Shown here: piece after piece, positions 1-13,593 of the stretch
Numbering within the stretch: position 1 is the stretch's first letter
Layout: each line of letters starts with the position of its first letter
Assembly (NCBI GenBank): GCA_016748015.1
Contig: JAAOMT010000275.1
Span: 248,001 to 312,000 of the forward strand
DNA length: 64,000 nucleotides
Direction of reading: 5' to 3'
Origin: Geosiphon pyriformis uo1
Taxonomy: Eukaryota > Fungi > Glomeromycota
Notes under the pieces: model-generated
Database searches by the model: none
What the model was told of the DNA's origin: nothing
What the model saw: the letters and a program-made list of their open reading frames with translations, nothing else
Program-made: the position numbers and the translations under genes

Positions 1-379
1 CTTATGACTTGACAACTTTAATTATTAACTTACCAAGATCTTAATTAATTTTAAACTTTTAAAAATCTGTTAATTAATAACTTAAGTGGCCATATTAAGT
101 TTGAATTAAGCAATAGTTAAATAATTCTTGTTTATACAATAATATAAAAAGTTATTATTTTTATAAGTTTTTAAAAGTTCAAAATTAATTAAAACTTAAT
201 AAGCTAATTAAAATTGCCAATTAATAAAAAAATATTAATTTGATTAAAAACTAATATAATAATTTATAAATTATTCAAAACAACATATTTTAATGAATTA
301 ATAGATTTATAACAGGTTGTTACAAATCTATTAATCCAATTTTTATTATTATGTTTTAATAAATTATAATTTTATTATT

Positions 380-2050
380 AATTATAACATAAAATTCAAA
401 ATTTTAAAATAGTTATAATTTAAGAATTTTATATATATAATTAAGTATTTAAACTAATAAAAATCAAACTAAATTTATAAAAAAAAACTTATCTAAAACA
501 AAAATATTTTATGTAAATTGCAATTAAAATACTATTAAAAAATAAATTTATTTATAAAATAGTATATTTATATTAAATTTAATTTTAAAAGTTTAAAATT
601 TTTAAAATATTATTAATTTATTATAAATTTATTATTTTTTTATACAAATTATTAATTATATGGCCAAATAGATTAATATTTTTATTAATTACAAAAATTC
701 TATTATTAAATTTGGTTTTTAAAGAAAAAAATACCAATTAACTTAATAATTAAATTAACTAAAGCATTAATAAATTTAATAACAGACTTAATTAATAAAG
801 TTAATACAACTAATTCAAATTCTAAAAAAGCCAACTTAGAACTAATTAAAAAATTTATAATAATAACAATAATAAAAACAGCCAAAAAAACAGTAACAAA
901 AAAAATTAATAAAATAAAAATTTTAATATAAAATTTAGTATTAACAAAACAAAATTCAAAACTTTGAAACCACTTGTAAACTTGAAAAAAAAAATTTAAA
1001 AAAAAAAACAAAAATATTTTGTAATTAGTAATTAAATAATTTAATATTTAATATTTAAAACAACACTAATAATTTGAAATTTTTTATTAAATAAAATATT
1101 TTAGTTTTTATAATTGTAGTTTTAAGTTTTTATAAAAACCAAAAGTAATAATTACATATTTCAATTATTAAACAAAATTAAAAAAATCAAAAATAAAACA
1201 ATTATAATTATAAATCTAAAAAATTAATTTGTTAATTTTAAAAATTATATAATTATAAAAAAATCAACTAATTTAGTTTTGATAATATTATAAAAAACAA
1301 TAACTTTTCTTTAATTAACCAAAAAAAAATTTTAATACTATTTTTTATTATTAATATAAATTAATAAATAAAAACAATATTAATTAAAATTTTTTTAAAA
1401 TAAACAACAATATATTATTACAAATTAATATATATTAACTTAATAAAAACAATTTTATTAAAATTATTCAAAACATTTTTAATATTACAAAAAACAACAA
1501 CAAAAAAAGAAAAAAACCAATAAATATTACAAAAAACTTTGCAACTTAAAAATAAACTTAATTTATACAATAATATTTAAAATAACTTAAAATACAATTT
1601 TTATATAAAAAAATTTGGTATTGTTTTTTATAATTAAATTTAATTTTAAAAAATTATCTAAATTTTAATAATTTTATTAAACATTAAAATAAAGATTATT
1701 TATTTAACAAACTTTTAATCATTAATTTAAGTATTATTAAAAACAATATTACAAAAAAAACAAAAAAAATTGATTTTGTTTTTATCTAATTAATATAAAT
1801 TTTAAAATTAATTAATTTGATAAATTAATTAATTAAAAATATATATAAAAATATATTTTGTTTTGTTTTTAAAACTAGTAAAAATCAGCCAAAAACCAAT
1901 ATATTAGATATTATAATTAAAAATTAATTTAAATCAAAATTAGTTAATTTTATAATATTTAATAACTTTTATAAATTATAATTAACAAAAAACAATAAAC
2001 CAAAATAATAAACCAAAAAATTAAAAAAAATTGAAATAAAAATAAATATA
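380..2050 (-). mobile_element. Hypermutated ORF1-only (HAL1-like) non-LTR element relic
   Basis: Minus strand 1021-1062 reads C-F-K-Y-*-I-L-N-Y-L-I-T-N-Y, which becomes CX2CX4HX4C when transitions are reverted. A heptad segment (SSKLAFLEFELVVLTLLIKS, ~770-845) resembles the LINE2 ORF1 coiled coil. A LINE-type 3'UTR start follows at ~415-468. Boundaries are approximate. Confidence 0.55.
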
Positions 2051-2060
2051 AAAGAAAATA

Positions 2061-2838
2061 TTATTTTATTTTATTTTATTTAATAAGTAAAGTCCAACCA
2101 CTATCTAATACATAGAACCAAACTAAGTGGCTCAAATTAAATATGACTTATGCACTTACTACATGTGGCTAACCACTTAAGCCAAACAAGACAACACTAT
2201 ACATCTATATTAACACTTACATCACAATTTAAACCAGAAAAAAAAGACATGGCTTATAACAGCCAAAACTAATAACAAAAGATTCAATAATAACAAGTAT
2301 CTTGACTATCCCATCTAATAGTATCAATGCTAAACTATATAACAAGTCTGACATTATGCTATTATCTCCAATCAAGTCAGTCTTTTTTATATTAACTCTA
2401 AACTTAGATCTTGCCAGTCAGGTCTTAAAATGATACAACTCCACCAGATATCTCACAAAATTAACAACAGCAGAAGTGGCCTTCTTCTTACTGTTAAAAA
2501 TCCCAATAGCCTCTGTACATCAGTCCTTCAGCACAAACTCCTTGCACATGACTACATAAGTTTTAGCATCTGATGAACAACAGAAGACAACAAACTCTAA
2601 GCACCTGCTAAAGCAACTCATTACATAAAAGCTTTAACCAAAATCTCTTTCCAAATACTGATATTTTGAGCACAAGTAAAAATGTGATTTAACAACTCTA
2701 TTTCACCATACAGTAAACACAGCACACCAGAATATTCTCTATTATATAATCTCTTCCTAATAGCTATTGGTAACCACCTGTGCACAGTTTTTATCAAGTA
2801 CATATAAAGACTAGATGACTTTTAACTAGTAAAACCAG
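2061..2838 (-). mobile_element. LINE1 3' part (ORF2 C-terminal zinc finger, 3'UTR, (TAAAA)n tail), interrupted by element A
   Basis: Colinear with LINE2 21500-22290. CLLYGEIELLNHIFTC motif, stop at 2197-2199, (TTTTA)n on the plus strand at 2061-2081. Confidence 0.9.
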
Positions 2839-3477
2839 TGTTACAAGTGATTATTTGGGGTCTTAAAGCAAATAACAACCTGTAACTTGGTGTTTGAGTG
2901 GTATTCTGATATGTTAATATCTGAAGGTTTTGTTGATCTGAAGATTTTGTTATGGAGTTTTTTGTATAATGGACAGAGATGTAATTAGTTGTTTTTATCC
3001 ATAGCTTCTCAAAACCACAGTTTTATCAATTTCTTTTTCAACATAATGGCCAGTAATTTTCCTAGTAAGCTATCTTCAATTTTGAGTGTTTACCCTTATT
3101 CCTGGGTCTTTTACCAGTGCTATATCTTGACATCAGTACCTTTATATATGAATCTTTTTAATCTAATTAGTAAAACAAAAGTAATAACAATAAAAAAATA
3201 GAAAAAAATTAAAAGAAATAAGCCAAGGCAATGATTGTTAGTATTCCATCAATAGTCATAATCAAGAGCTATTGTTCCAGTGTGGTCAAGTATTCGAAAC
3301 TATTAACATAAAGTGTTGATAGTGGAGAGTGAATTGAGATATTAAATAATTATTTTATTAATATTTGTGAATTGAAAGGTTGCTTAGATTAAATCTAAAC
3401 TGAAAAATCTGTTTTTTCTACTTTTAACTTTACCAATATATATACATAATTAAGATTTCTATATTCTATGAGTAATA
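2839..3477 (-). repeat. A 3' LTR (639 bp, 211-bp U3 deletion)
   Basis: TGTTACA...GTAATA (CA>TA). Direct repeat of 17053-17902 lacking 17675-17885. Confidence 0.95.
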
Positions 3478-3492
3478 TTATTCTCTCCTTTT
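3478..3492 (-). promoter_or_regulatory. A polypurine tract
   Basis: AAAAGGAGAGAATAA on the minus strand abutting the 3' LTR. Confidence 0.85.
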
Positions 3493-4121
3493 TAATATTG
3501 AGTTCCATCAAGATCTCTTAATTCTAATTCTCCATCTTTGAGTATTTCTTGAACTTTTTTTTCAAGAATTATTTGTGCTATCTTGTTCTGTAATTCTTTA
3601 AATTGAGCATTTGTTATTTTTCTCATTTGGTTAATGGTAACAGAGTTCATTTTTGGATTAAGTAAAATTTCTGGTCGATTTTGAAATCCAGTGTGTAGCC
3701 AATAAATGGCTCTTGCTTGTGTGATCAAATTGTTCTTCTCCACAAATTGTTCCAGTTGTTGCAATGTTGTTGTGTTAAATAATCATTTTGTTTTATCTGT
3801 ATATAAGCTCTGGATGTTCAAGTATTGTCCCAAATAAAAGTAATAAAAGTTTTTTGGAAATTGTTGTATCCATTAATTCCAAGTTTTTATCATTAATGCT
3901 TGATATTGGGTTACTTTTGGTTGTGTTTCTATTGCTAGTTTCATTTTTGAAATTATTTTGTCAATAGTGTTTTCTGTATTTTTTTTTATTTTATCCTATG
4001 GTCTTTTTTTGGTGTGTGTGTATCTGATAGTTTGTTGGTTAATTGTAATTTCCATCTCTTGTTGTTAAATCAATTGAAAGAGTTGTTGTGTTAGTGAGTG
4101 GATGTTGTCAGTAATCTCTAT
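3492..4121 (-). pseudogene. A ORF3 (env-position ORF of unknown function, ~210 codons)
   Basis: Homologous to ORF3 of B, C, E, F, H (NIxxLxQxL...ITIN, YFYLG, RAIYWL). Internal stops. Confidence 0.75.
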
Positions 4122-4146
4122 TTTCTGTTGTCTTTTGTTGTGTATA

Positions 4147-5548
4147 TTATGTCTTTATATATTCTTTTGGTTGTTCAATTTTACATGTTTGGTTTAATGA
4201 TTATAATTGGTTCTTGATCTCGTAGAATTTCATCTGGTCTGATTAGTATTCTCTGTACTCCTAATTGTAGAATATTACTGGTGGATAATGATACTATATG
4301 GTAATATTGTTTCAGTCGATTACTATGTACTGTCTTGATTAAGATTTTGTTGTTCAATCTTAATTTATAAGCTCTATTTTTAAGAATTTCTTCTATGTAA
4401 AATGGTCTGTCCTATTTGGAATCAAATTTTCCACTTCATTGTTTTTTTACTTTAATACAATACAGAAGTACTTTGTCTCCAATCTTGAATTCAACTGGTT
4501 TCTTTAATAGTTGGTTATCATATCTTTCTTTTTGTGACTTTTAGATGTTATCAGCTGCTTTTTGTTATGTGTTTTCTAGTGTCTCCATTAAGTCATATGT
4601 TCTTCTCAACAGTGTTCTTTGAAAATTTTCTTCTGTTATTGGTTCTGTTGGATATGTCTTGACTTCTATCTTAACTGGTAATGTTGCTGTTTTACCATAT
4701 ACTAATTCAAATGGTGTTGTTTATGTAGTGTTTTGCTTCATTGTCCGATAAGCAAATAATACTGATGGTATAATCAAATCTCATTTATTTTGGTTTTTTT
4801 GGCTGATTTTGGCAATGGCTTCACACAATATTCTGTTAAATCTTTCAACTAGCCCATTTGTTTGTGGATGATATGGTAATGATAATGGTTTTTTTATCCC
4901 AAATCTTTGACTCAATTCTGTTAATGTTCTATTCACAAAGTGAGTTTCTTGATTCGATAATAATTTTTTTGGACATCTATGTCAACAGATTAAGTCTTGA
5001 TAAATGAATTTGGCAATAGATTCTGCATCTGCCCTTTGAATGGCTTTTGCTTCTGGCCATTTTGTGAGATAATTCATGACTACTGCAATATATCTGTTGT
5101 CTTTGCTGGTAATTGTTAATGATCTGACTAAGTCAATTCTAATATGATTGAATAGTTGTTCTACTTTGATTGGTCTCAATGGTTCACTGGGTTTTGTTCC
5201 TTCTTTTCTCTGATAAGCATTATAATTTTGAACATATTGGATGATGTCTGGATACATTGATGGCCAATAGTATCTTTTTCTGGTTTTTTTTATTGCTGTT
5301 TCTTTATGGAAATGTCTTGCTGTTGGATCTAAGTACATGTTGAACAATATTGTCTCTTTTTCTGATTCCGTAATTACTTTGGTTGGCTGATCTGAATTTC
5401 TTTTGTTCTTCTGGTAAAGTATATTTTGATGATTGATAAAATATTTTGATTGCTGTTTTATGTTGTTTTATTTTTTTTGAGATAATTTTTCCTTGAACAA
5501 TTGGGTATTTATATAATATTGGAGTTGTTAGTATTTTTGTATATTCAT
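4147..5548 (-). pseudogene. A integrase (separate ORF)
   Basis: HHCC remnant, IDLV, YLTKWPEA, YHPQTNGLVERFN, GPF-type C-terminus. Own ATG at 5548. Confidence 0.92.
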
Positions 5549-5579
5549 GTTTTGTTATATTTTTGGGTTGAAAATGTTT

Positions 5580-6950
5580 TTAAACTTGTCTTATTCATGA
5601 CAATCCATCAGCATTTCTGTTTTCTTTTCTTTTTTTATAATGCACTGTATAATTAAATGGTGAAAGTTTTATTTTCCATTTGGCATGACAATCATCTACA
5701 AATTCTTGTTTCTGGATTAAAGTCAATCCTTTGTGATCAGTGTATACATTAAACTTTTGACTCAAGTATTCTTTCTATTTAATAACAGCTCAATAGATAG
5801 CTAAGTGTTCCAGTACTGGAGTTCTATAGTTCTTTTCAGCTGGACTTAAGCTTTTACTGGTGTAAGCTATCAAATGTTTTCTTCTATCTGGTCTTCTCTG
5901 CAATAGTACTGCTCCCAATGCTAGATCTAATGTATTGGTGGTAATGATGAATGGTTTGCTGTGATCTAGATACATCAATACTGTAGCTTGAATAAGCTTT
6001 CTTCTCAGTGTGTTGAACATTTTTTGTTAAGCTTCTGTCCACTTATATTTTATATTCTTAGTTTGTAAATGATAGAGTAGCTGAGCCAGTTTAAAAAAGT
6101 CCTTGATAAAATGGTGATAATATCTTGCAAATTCCAAAAATGCTCTTAGTTCTATTAAGTTGGTTGGTACTAGAAAGTTTTTTATTATTGCAATCTTGTC
6201 TGAATCTGTTTTGATACCATCTTTGCTTACAACATATCTCAAAAATTTAAGTTTTGTTTTTCCAAAGAAACATTTGTTTGCATTCAACTTCAATCCTGAT
6301 TTTCTCAACCTTTCAAACACTTATTAAAGATGATGTAGATAATCATCAAATGTCTTAGAGAACATATTTGTGTTGTCTAAGTAAACAACTATAGATTTCC
6401 ATAGTAGTTTAGTATAAACAATTTCCATAAGCTGTTGGAATATGACTGGAGCATTCATCAATCCAAATGGCATTACTTCGAATTCAAAATTTTTTTCTTG
6501 AGTTATACACACTGTCTTCTTTTTATTCTCTGGTTTCATAGCTACTTGCCAGTAACTATTGTTTAAGTCTAATGTTGAAAACTATTTCTTTTCTCCAAAA
6601 GCATTGAATAATTCTTGGATCTTTGGAGTTGGGTAGCTATCTCTTTTGGTCACTCCATTCAGTTTCCTGTAATCTACACAAAAGTGAATTTTTCCATTTT
6701 TCTTATGAATTAGTACCATTGATGATAATTATGGACTCATTGATAGTTGAATTAACTCATTGTCAAGCATCCAATTAATTTCTTGATAAATGATCTTATG
6801 ACTGGCTGGTGGTACCCTGTATGCTTTTTGTTTAATTGGCATTGCATCTCTAGTCTTGATTTGATGTTGGATTATGTTAGTTCTGCCAAATTTGTTTTCA
6901 CTGGCAAAAATGTTATTGAAGTTATTGAATAACATCTTGAGTTGCATATA
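5580..6950 (-). pseudogene. A reverse transcriptase-RNase H
   Basis: FCVDYRKLN, MPFGLMNAP, VYLDNT (YLDD), KCFFG, EKNY, TDH, NADGLS, then stop at 5580-5582. Confidence 0.93.
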
Positions 6951-7404
6951 TTGTAATAGGTCTAGATTTTCTAAGTTTATTTGTTCTAATTGTTTTGGTT
7001 AGAGCAGATAACATTCTTCTCATCTGTATATTGTCTGAAATGTAATATCTACATATCCACACAGTTGTGGAAAGTCTGGAATAGTATTTGGCAGTTGGTC
7101 TTCAATTTTGGTAGTTAAGTATCTAATAGTGGTTTCTTTTGATATCTTAATAATATTTCCCATGTTGTTGTAAATAAAGATTTTGATGTGACTATAGTTC
7201 TTGACTGATATGTATAAATTGACTAATCCAATTTCTTCTGGTTCACAAAGTGTTGCTTCTGTCTCAAAAATCTGAACCTAATCTTTTACTTTTCTTTCTA
7301 TGACTACTATATACTGGTCATATGATGGAATAGAAATTGGTTAACAGGTGGAGATAATTTCTCTCTTGTCAATAATTTCTTCTTCTGCCATATTGACTGG
7401 TACA

Positions 7405-7800
7405 TTTATTCTATCTATAGATCCAAATCTCTGTATCTCTCTAGTTGTAATCCCCAATTTTTTTTTGTTTCTCACTGATACTAGTTGAGCTATTTTCACC
7501 AGAGGCAGAAATATTGCTTATGCTATCTTTTTATTTGGCTCTATGATATAGGTCTTTTCTGAATTATTTTGTAGCATAGCAATGATATTTCTTACATATC
7601 CTGTGTCAATTATCTCTTCTTTGATGTTGATTTCTTTTTTCACTAAACTATTTCTGGATGCTAGTTGAACCATAGTTGTTGCTGAAATTTTCAGTGCTAT
7701 TTTGAGATCAATGCAGGTGCACAAATGTGGTTTCAATTTGATGGCATCTCTTTCTAAATACCTCAGATCAAATTCTGTATCAGTATCATATGTGTGTTTT
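7405..7800 (-). pseudogene. A dUTPase domain within pol
   Basis: EFDLRY, LASRNSL, IIDTGYVRNI, KIA*AI, FGSI = decayed trimeric dUTPase motifs 1-5. Confidence 0.85.
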
Positions 7801-9129
7801 GGCATGATACCTTCATTGTTATTGTTAAACCATTTCAGTTTCTGCCTTTTGGTGAGGTCTGGGAGTGTGATATATTGTTCATAGTTTAAATTGGAATTTG
7901 AATCTGAGTTTAAATTGTTGTCATTATTATGGCCATATTGAGCAGAACTAGAACCATTGTTTTTGTTGTCATTGTTGTCAAAGTTTGAATTAGAATTAAA
8001 CTTTGATTCCAATTTTGATGTGCAGCTGCTGATTGGTTTTTCCTCTTCTGGGATCATGTAAATTATATGTAGTGGTAGATTGTAAATGAGATTACACTTA
8101 TTACAATATTGAAAGTCATATGGGATCAAACAGTGGTTACATAGTTAGGTGTTTATTTGGGCCAAATGCTGTTCTTGTTCCTCTCTTGTTGGTGCCAAAT
8201 TTTGGTAATGCTCATAGAATTCTTCTGGGCCTGCTTCCAGATTCAGGAAAGCATTTGAGTTGGGGATCAGAACAATATTGACTGGTTCTAAAGAGTTGTT
8301 CTTGATTTCCAATATTTTGCTGGGTGTAACACCTTCTACTTTGGTATTTATCATCTGCCAGATCTTATTCTCATCATGTGGATAATCATCTAAGTAAGAA
8401 ATCACATGGTGCCAGACAGCAGTTATTGGCATATTATGACTTACCCAATCATTGATAAGGATTGTGTACTGGCATGAAGTGTCACATGTTCCTTCTCAAT
8501 CAGAAATGTTATTCCATATTTCTTCGTTGAGCAATTGTTTGTCACAAGTGAAGCATGGTTCATTGTTTCACTTGTCTTGTTTTTTTGGGTAACCATAGTG
8601 TTTGCGGTGACAAAACTTGCAATAGTAATAGGTTTGTATTCAGTAATCTTTGTTTGGTGCGATCTAAGTTCCCATGGAAGACAGTTTTTTTTTGCAGTCT
8701 TTGTACCTGAAGGGAATATAAGACAGTTCTGGCCTAGTATTTGTTGAGTATATACTTCTCCAACTGCTTGTTATGATGGTGTTATTGGTCTCTTCAGATA
8801 TGTCTTTTTTTTTCTTTCCTTTTTTCTTTGTTCTTTTCTTTTCAGTCTAAAATTGGTGGCATTTCATTTTAATTGTTGTTATTTTACATGTTTTGGTCAG
8901 TTCTCCAGGTAAGTTCTTCTGTGCTCTTTTCTTTTTCTTGTTCATTTTATGAGAGTATCAGCAATAGCTTGTTGTGGTTTTTGTCAGCCCATGAGACTTA
9001 ATAGGCTCCTCAAAGAGGTTTGCTTACTTTTTTCTCGAGTTTTATTAATGGTGCTGGCATGTTGGTAGTCTTGAAATGACTGTATGTTGCTAATGCTCAC
9101 ATGTGTTGGCTGTTTTGGTTGATTTGCAA

Positions 9130-9440
9130 TTTTTGGGTGGTCCAGTCAAGTGTTGCATTGGTTTTGAACAGCCAATTATTCCCAACTAGAGCTTGATATT
9201 AGGTGGCCTCCATAACTAATACTTTGATTGGCATGATAATACTATTGACTTCTATAGGAAGATCATCAATCTTGCTGATCGGAGTTTTGGTTGCTCTATT
9301 AGCAGTAATTATGCATGCACTGACAGCATGATCAATTCAGTGACCTAATTAATCCATGAGTTGTCATATAATGATGCTGCCAGCTGATCCACTATCTAGA
9401 ATCAGTTTGATGGCATAACCATCAACTTTCATATTAGTGT
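9130..9440 (-). pseudogene. A aspartic protease
   Basis: KLILDSGSAGSII and ALVGNNWL. Confidence 0.9.
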
Positions 9441-10049
9441 ACATAGTGGTAATTGGTTTGGTGTCAAGAATGGTTCTACTGAATAATAAGACTGGTATGA
9501 TTTCCTCAAGTTTGAAAGGAAAAATAGCTGCTAGGAATTCATTGTTGGAGATAGTTGCTGGTAAGATATTACTAGTAAGTGGTTGCTTCTGGTTGGATTC
9601 TGGCTTGTTGGATGGGATGCCTTCTGAAGTAACCAGAAGACTTAAATAGTTCTGAGAATTCAGGTTTTGGGCATGACTGGTGCCCGAATTTTGCTGACAA
9701 AATCCTGATTGTTGAGCTAATGAACTAAAAATTGGTTGGTGAAATATTATTGCTAATCTCCAGTTTTGTTGTGTTATTCTCAGTCTGGGTGTTCTATTTT
9801 GAGGTACATTTTATAGTGGTGTTTGAATTTATTGGGATTGATAGATTACTGGTGGCTGTGGTTGATATATTACTTATGACTATGGCTGATAAATTGGAGT
9901 TTGATATACTGGTGGTTGATAGATTGGCTGCTGTATTATTGGCAGGTAAGTAAGTTGATATTGATTTTGGTTTAAGTAAGGATTTGGGATTTAAAACCGG
10001 CAATTGGGGTTTCTATATTGATTTTCTGATTGTTGGTTATTATTATTAG

Positions 10050-10842
10050 ATCAGCAGTCAATTTTTAGATGGTCTTGTCTTCTACAGTTGTGGCAAACAT
10101 ATATCTCTGGCTGTCATGACTGATTGGATGATAATAATTGTGACTGATGTTGGAACCAATTCATGTTTTCTTGGTTACTGCATTGTTGTAGAGGTTAATA
10201 AATTGCTTAATTATTGCTAGCTAAGTATCCCTCTAGTTTCTGATTAATTGAATTACTGAATTGTTTCAATTTAGAATCCAATTCAGATGATCTATTTATT
10301 ACTAAATTTACGGCTTGGGTGTAGTTGGCTTCTAACTCAGCTGACTCAAAATCTCTGATGTGTGTGACTGTGTTTTGGAGAGTGGCTGCATGTAATAGAT
10401 ATATGTATTGTAGAATGCTACTGTGCAGACCATAAATGAACTGATTCAAAATTTGTGGTTCTGTGAAGTAGTTGGCATCAATTGTTTGAATTTGGTGTAG
10501 ATTTTACTGGAAATGTCCCAAATAAGTAGTAACTGCTTCAGTATCTCCTTGTTTAATGGTGGTAAAGGTATTGGCCAAGTAATTAATACTATTATTATTA
10601 TTAAAATATCTCAAAAATTCAAGTTTGAATTCTTAGAAGATTTGTGGTCTGGCTGCTAGATTTTGATACCATGAATCAGCAATATTTTGGAGAAAGTAAG
10701 GAATCACTTGAAGAGCTCTGTTGTTATTCCAGTTATTGGTAGTGATGGCTGTGGTAATGTTGTTGATCCATGCTTGAACATTATTTTCTTTACCAGTGAA
10801 TTTCTCGAATTTGGCAATTGGAGCATAGGCCATTAGATTCAT
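10050..10842 (-). pseudogene. A gag capsid and CCHC knuckle
   Basis: MAYAPIAKFEKFTG...WY, KQGDTEAVTTY major-homology-like region, CHNCxxxxHxxxDC at ~10054-10097. Confidence 0.85.
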
Positions 10843-11396
10843 ATTTTGTTGTTGAGGTGGTTGTTGCAGCAGTTGTGGTTGTTGAAAGGATTGTTAAATT
10901 TGTTGATTTAGTTGTAGAGGCTCAGCTATTGGATTAATCAGTGGTTGATTGATAATGATTATTGAAGGTATGTTTGGTTGATTAATTAATTTGGGGTTTG
11001 AATTATTCTGATTTTTTGGTAGTTGAATATTCAGAGTTTTGACTTCTGGATTTTTTAAATTTGGATTTTGCTGAGTTTGAAAGTTTGAGGTTTTAATGTC
11101 CAGGTTTTCTGGAATCGGGTTCTGGTAAGTAAATTTCTGATTTTCAGCTTCTTCTTCTTCTTCTTTTTCTGATTCTGTTACCTCCCATGAGTCAGCTGTT
11201 CCAAAATCTGGTGAAGATAGTAGTAATCAGTATCCTAATGGGATGGTTGATTACGATTTAAATTCTTTAAAATAATCACTGTAGGTTTCTAATAACTCTG
11301 CTTTCTTTTGTTTACTTTGAAATAGGAGTCGTCTAAATGTTGATGTCATGTTTGATGTAGACACGCCTATTGATAAGATGTTGATAGTGCTTTTGG

Positions 11397-12188
11397 TATT
11401 ACAGTTCAAAAATTTAATTGAAATTATTAATAATATAAATTAGCCAATTATAAAATAGTACAGCAACAATTTATAAAAAGAAATAATTTACAAATAACAG
11501 CAAGCACTATTGTGCAAAAGCAGCAAGCACTATTTCACAATAGCAGCAAGTATTATTTAGAAATAATGGAAATAGAGTATTACAATACATTATTTTGTAA
11601 AACAATAATTATATATATATACAATAGTTTTTAATAATGAAAAAAAACAGCTTCAATTAAAAGCAACAAATATCTAAATAAAATCTTATTTAAAAAAAAT
11701 TAATAAAAATAATAAATTGAATGAACATCACAATTACAAGATTAACAATAGAATTCACATACTCTCTCTAGTGAATGAAACTATTATTTCATCTTTAAAC
11801 CCTTTGGAAGAATAATTCTTGATCAAGATTATTTACATGGTTACTAATTAAATTAAAAAAGCTTTATTATATACTTAGAAAAATTGCAAAAAGACCATTA
11901 ACATTCCGTGTTTTTAGATTAGAAAAACACATTAGGCAATTGCAAGAATAGCCTTAAAGAAGACCCCAAACAGCAAGTAGATTTCAGATTAGCCTTTGGG
12001 AAAGAGTACACAACATACAAAGACAACTAAAATTAAAAAGAAAACTTACATCACAACATTAAGAGAAAACCTTCAGTATATTATCATTAATATCCAACAC
12101 ATAAAAATTGAGGAACTTACTAGAGACTGATTGCAATTAAAACAAAAAATCAACAATTAAAATATACCAAGAAAACACTCCTGTAATA
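11397..12188 (+). repeat. B 5' LTR (792 bp; 3 copies of 23-bp unit)
   Basis: Direct repeat of 15745-16559. Termini TG>TA and CA>TA mutated. Confidence 0.95.
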
Positions 12189-12190
12189 TT

Positions 12191-12207
12191 TGGTGAACCC
12201 TATAAGG
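12191..12207 (+). promoter_or_regulatory. B primer-binding site
   Basis: TGGTGAACCCTATAAGG 2 nt after the LTR. tRNA not assigned. Confidence 0.8.
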
Positions 12208-13593
12208 AAAGAAAATCAAAAAAAAAATAATAATTAGCAATAATTCATTGCTAAAAAGGAAGAAACAAAAGTGGCAACAAAAACCCCTACTCTTACTGTT
12301 CTTGAATTCTGTCATGCTATTTACACACAAAATCAAAGTAATCTTGGATTACTAGAAGGGTGTTGTCCAACAAAATCTGTTCTTACTTATTATATCAATG
12401 CCAGAATAAATTACCATATAGAAAAGGAAAAAGAACCACATGACACAAAACATTAATTATATAGGGAATTATCTTAATTTATTACAAAAAAAACAACAGC
12501 ATTAGCCATGACTATTGTTTAAATTCATTGCGAAATTGAGCAATATGCCAATGAAAATTACCCAATATCCACAAAAAACACCAGAAAATGTGTCCACAAT
12601 CCAGAAATTAATCACAAAGAAAATCAGCAAAAATTAAGAACACCCACTCAAACACCCAAAAAAAATGTCATGCAATCAGTAAAAAAATAATGTCTTTATT
12701 TACCAGAAGAAAGATCTTATCATTTTTCTCCAGATAATAAAATTCAACTCCTATTAAGAGCTGTATCATCATCCACATTAACCCCACAAATGCCGAGAAC
12801 TTTTAATTACACTGAGAAGTTCAAACAATACAATTGGGGAGATATACCAATTACAGGAGAATATTCATTGCTATTCCAAAAACTCCTTTTTCAACCAAAA
12901 TTTGGAGCAGAATTTGAAAACCATGAAGAGGAGTCTGAATTGGAATCCAAAGAAACCAGTGAAAAAACAAGCACAAGACCAGTCACTGAAACAAGCAATC
13001 AGTCCAGAAACCAAGAAACTTATGATCAAGAAGAAGAAATAACACATACCAAACACCTCAAAGATCCAACCAGAAATTCAGCAGCAGCCAAAATAATTGC
13101 TTGTTACATCAGGACTTCAGAACAAAACACGTACCTGCCATTTTTGCAAACACATAGGACATTTGATTAATCAATGTTGAATGCAAATAATACATAAAGC
13201 ACACAAGAATAATTATTATGCACCACCCCAAATGCTCAGAAATCAATACACACCAATACCACGTCAATACCTCACTACATACCAAAATCAAGGAACTTAC
13301 CAGCAATAACCAGTGATTCCAAACCCAAACTGGTGTCCAGAGTTTCGAAGCCAGCCAGTATTAGTTCAAAACATGATTATTACTAGAAATCTTAATTGCA
13401 TAGAACTTAATCAGTAAACAAATACAAACTACCCAAACTATCCAAATTTCCAGTCAACTCATCTTAATGTATTGAAAAACTTAAATCTCGGAAATATTAA
13501 TGATAATATACCTGAAACTGAAAATATCACCAATGTTGACTGCTTGTCACAAATAAGATACACATAAAAAAAACAACAACTAATTTATAAACA

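Noticed and set aside
2989-3201. Small ORFs inside LTRs (also 17125-17415, 29849-30052, 34643-34852, 41581-41790)
   Set aside because: They recur only because LTRs are duplicated. No motifs, and starts differ between copies.
9794-10003. Ser/Thr/Asn-rich ORF
   Set aside because: Alternative frame of the Q/P/Y-rich Gag C-terminus of A.
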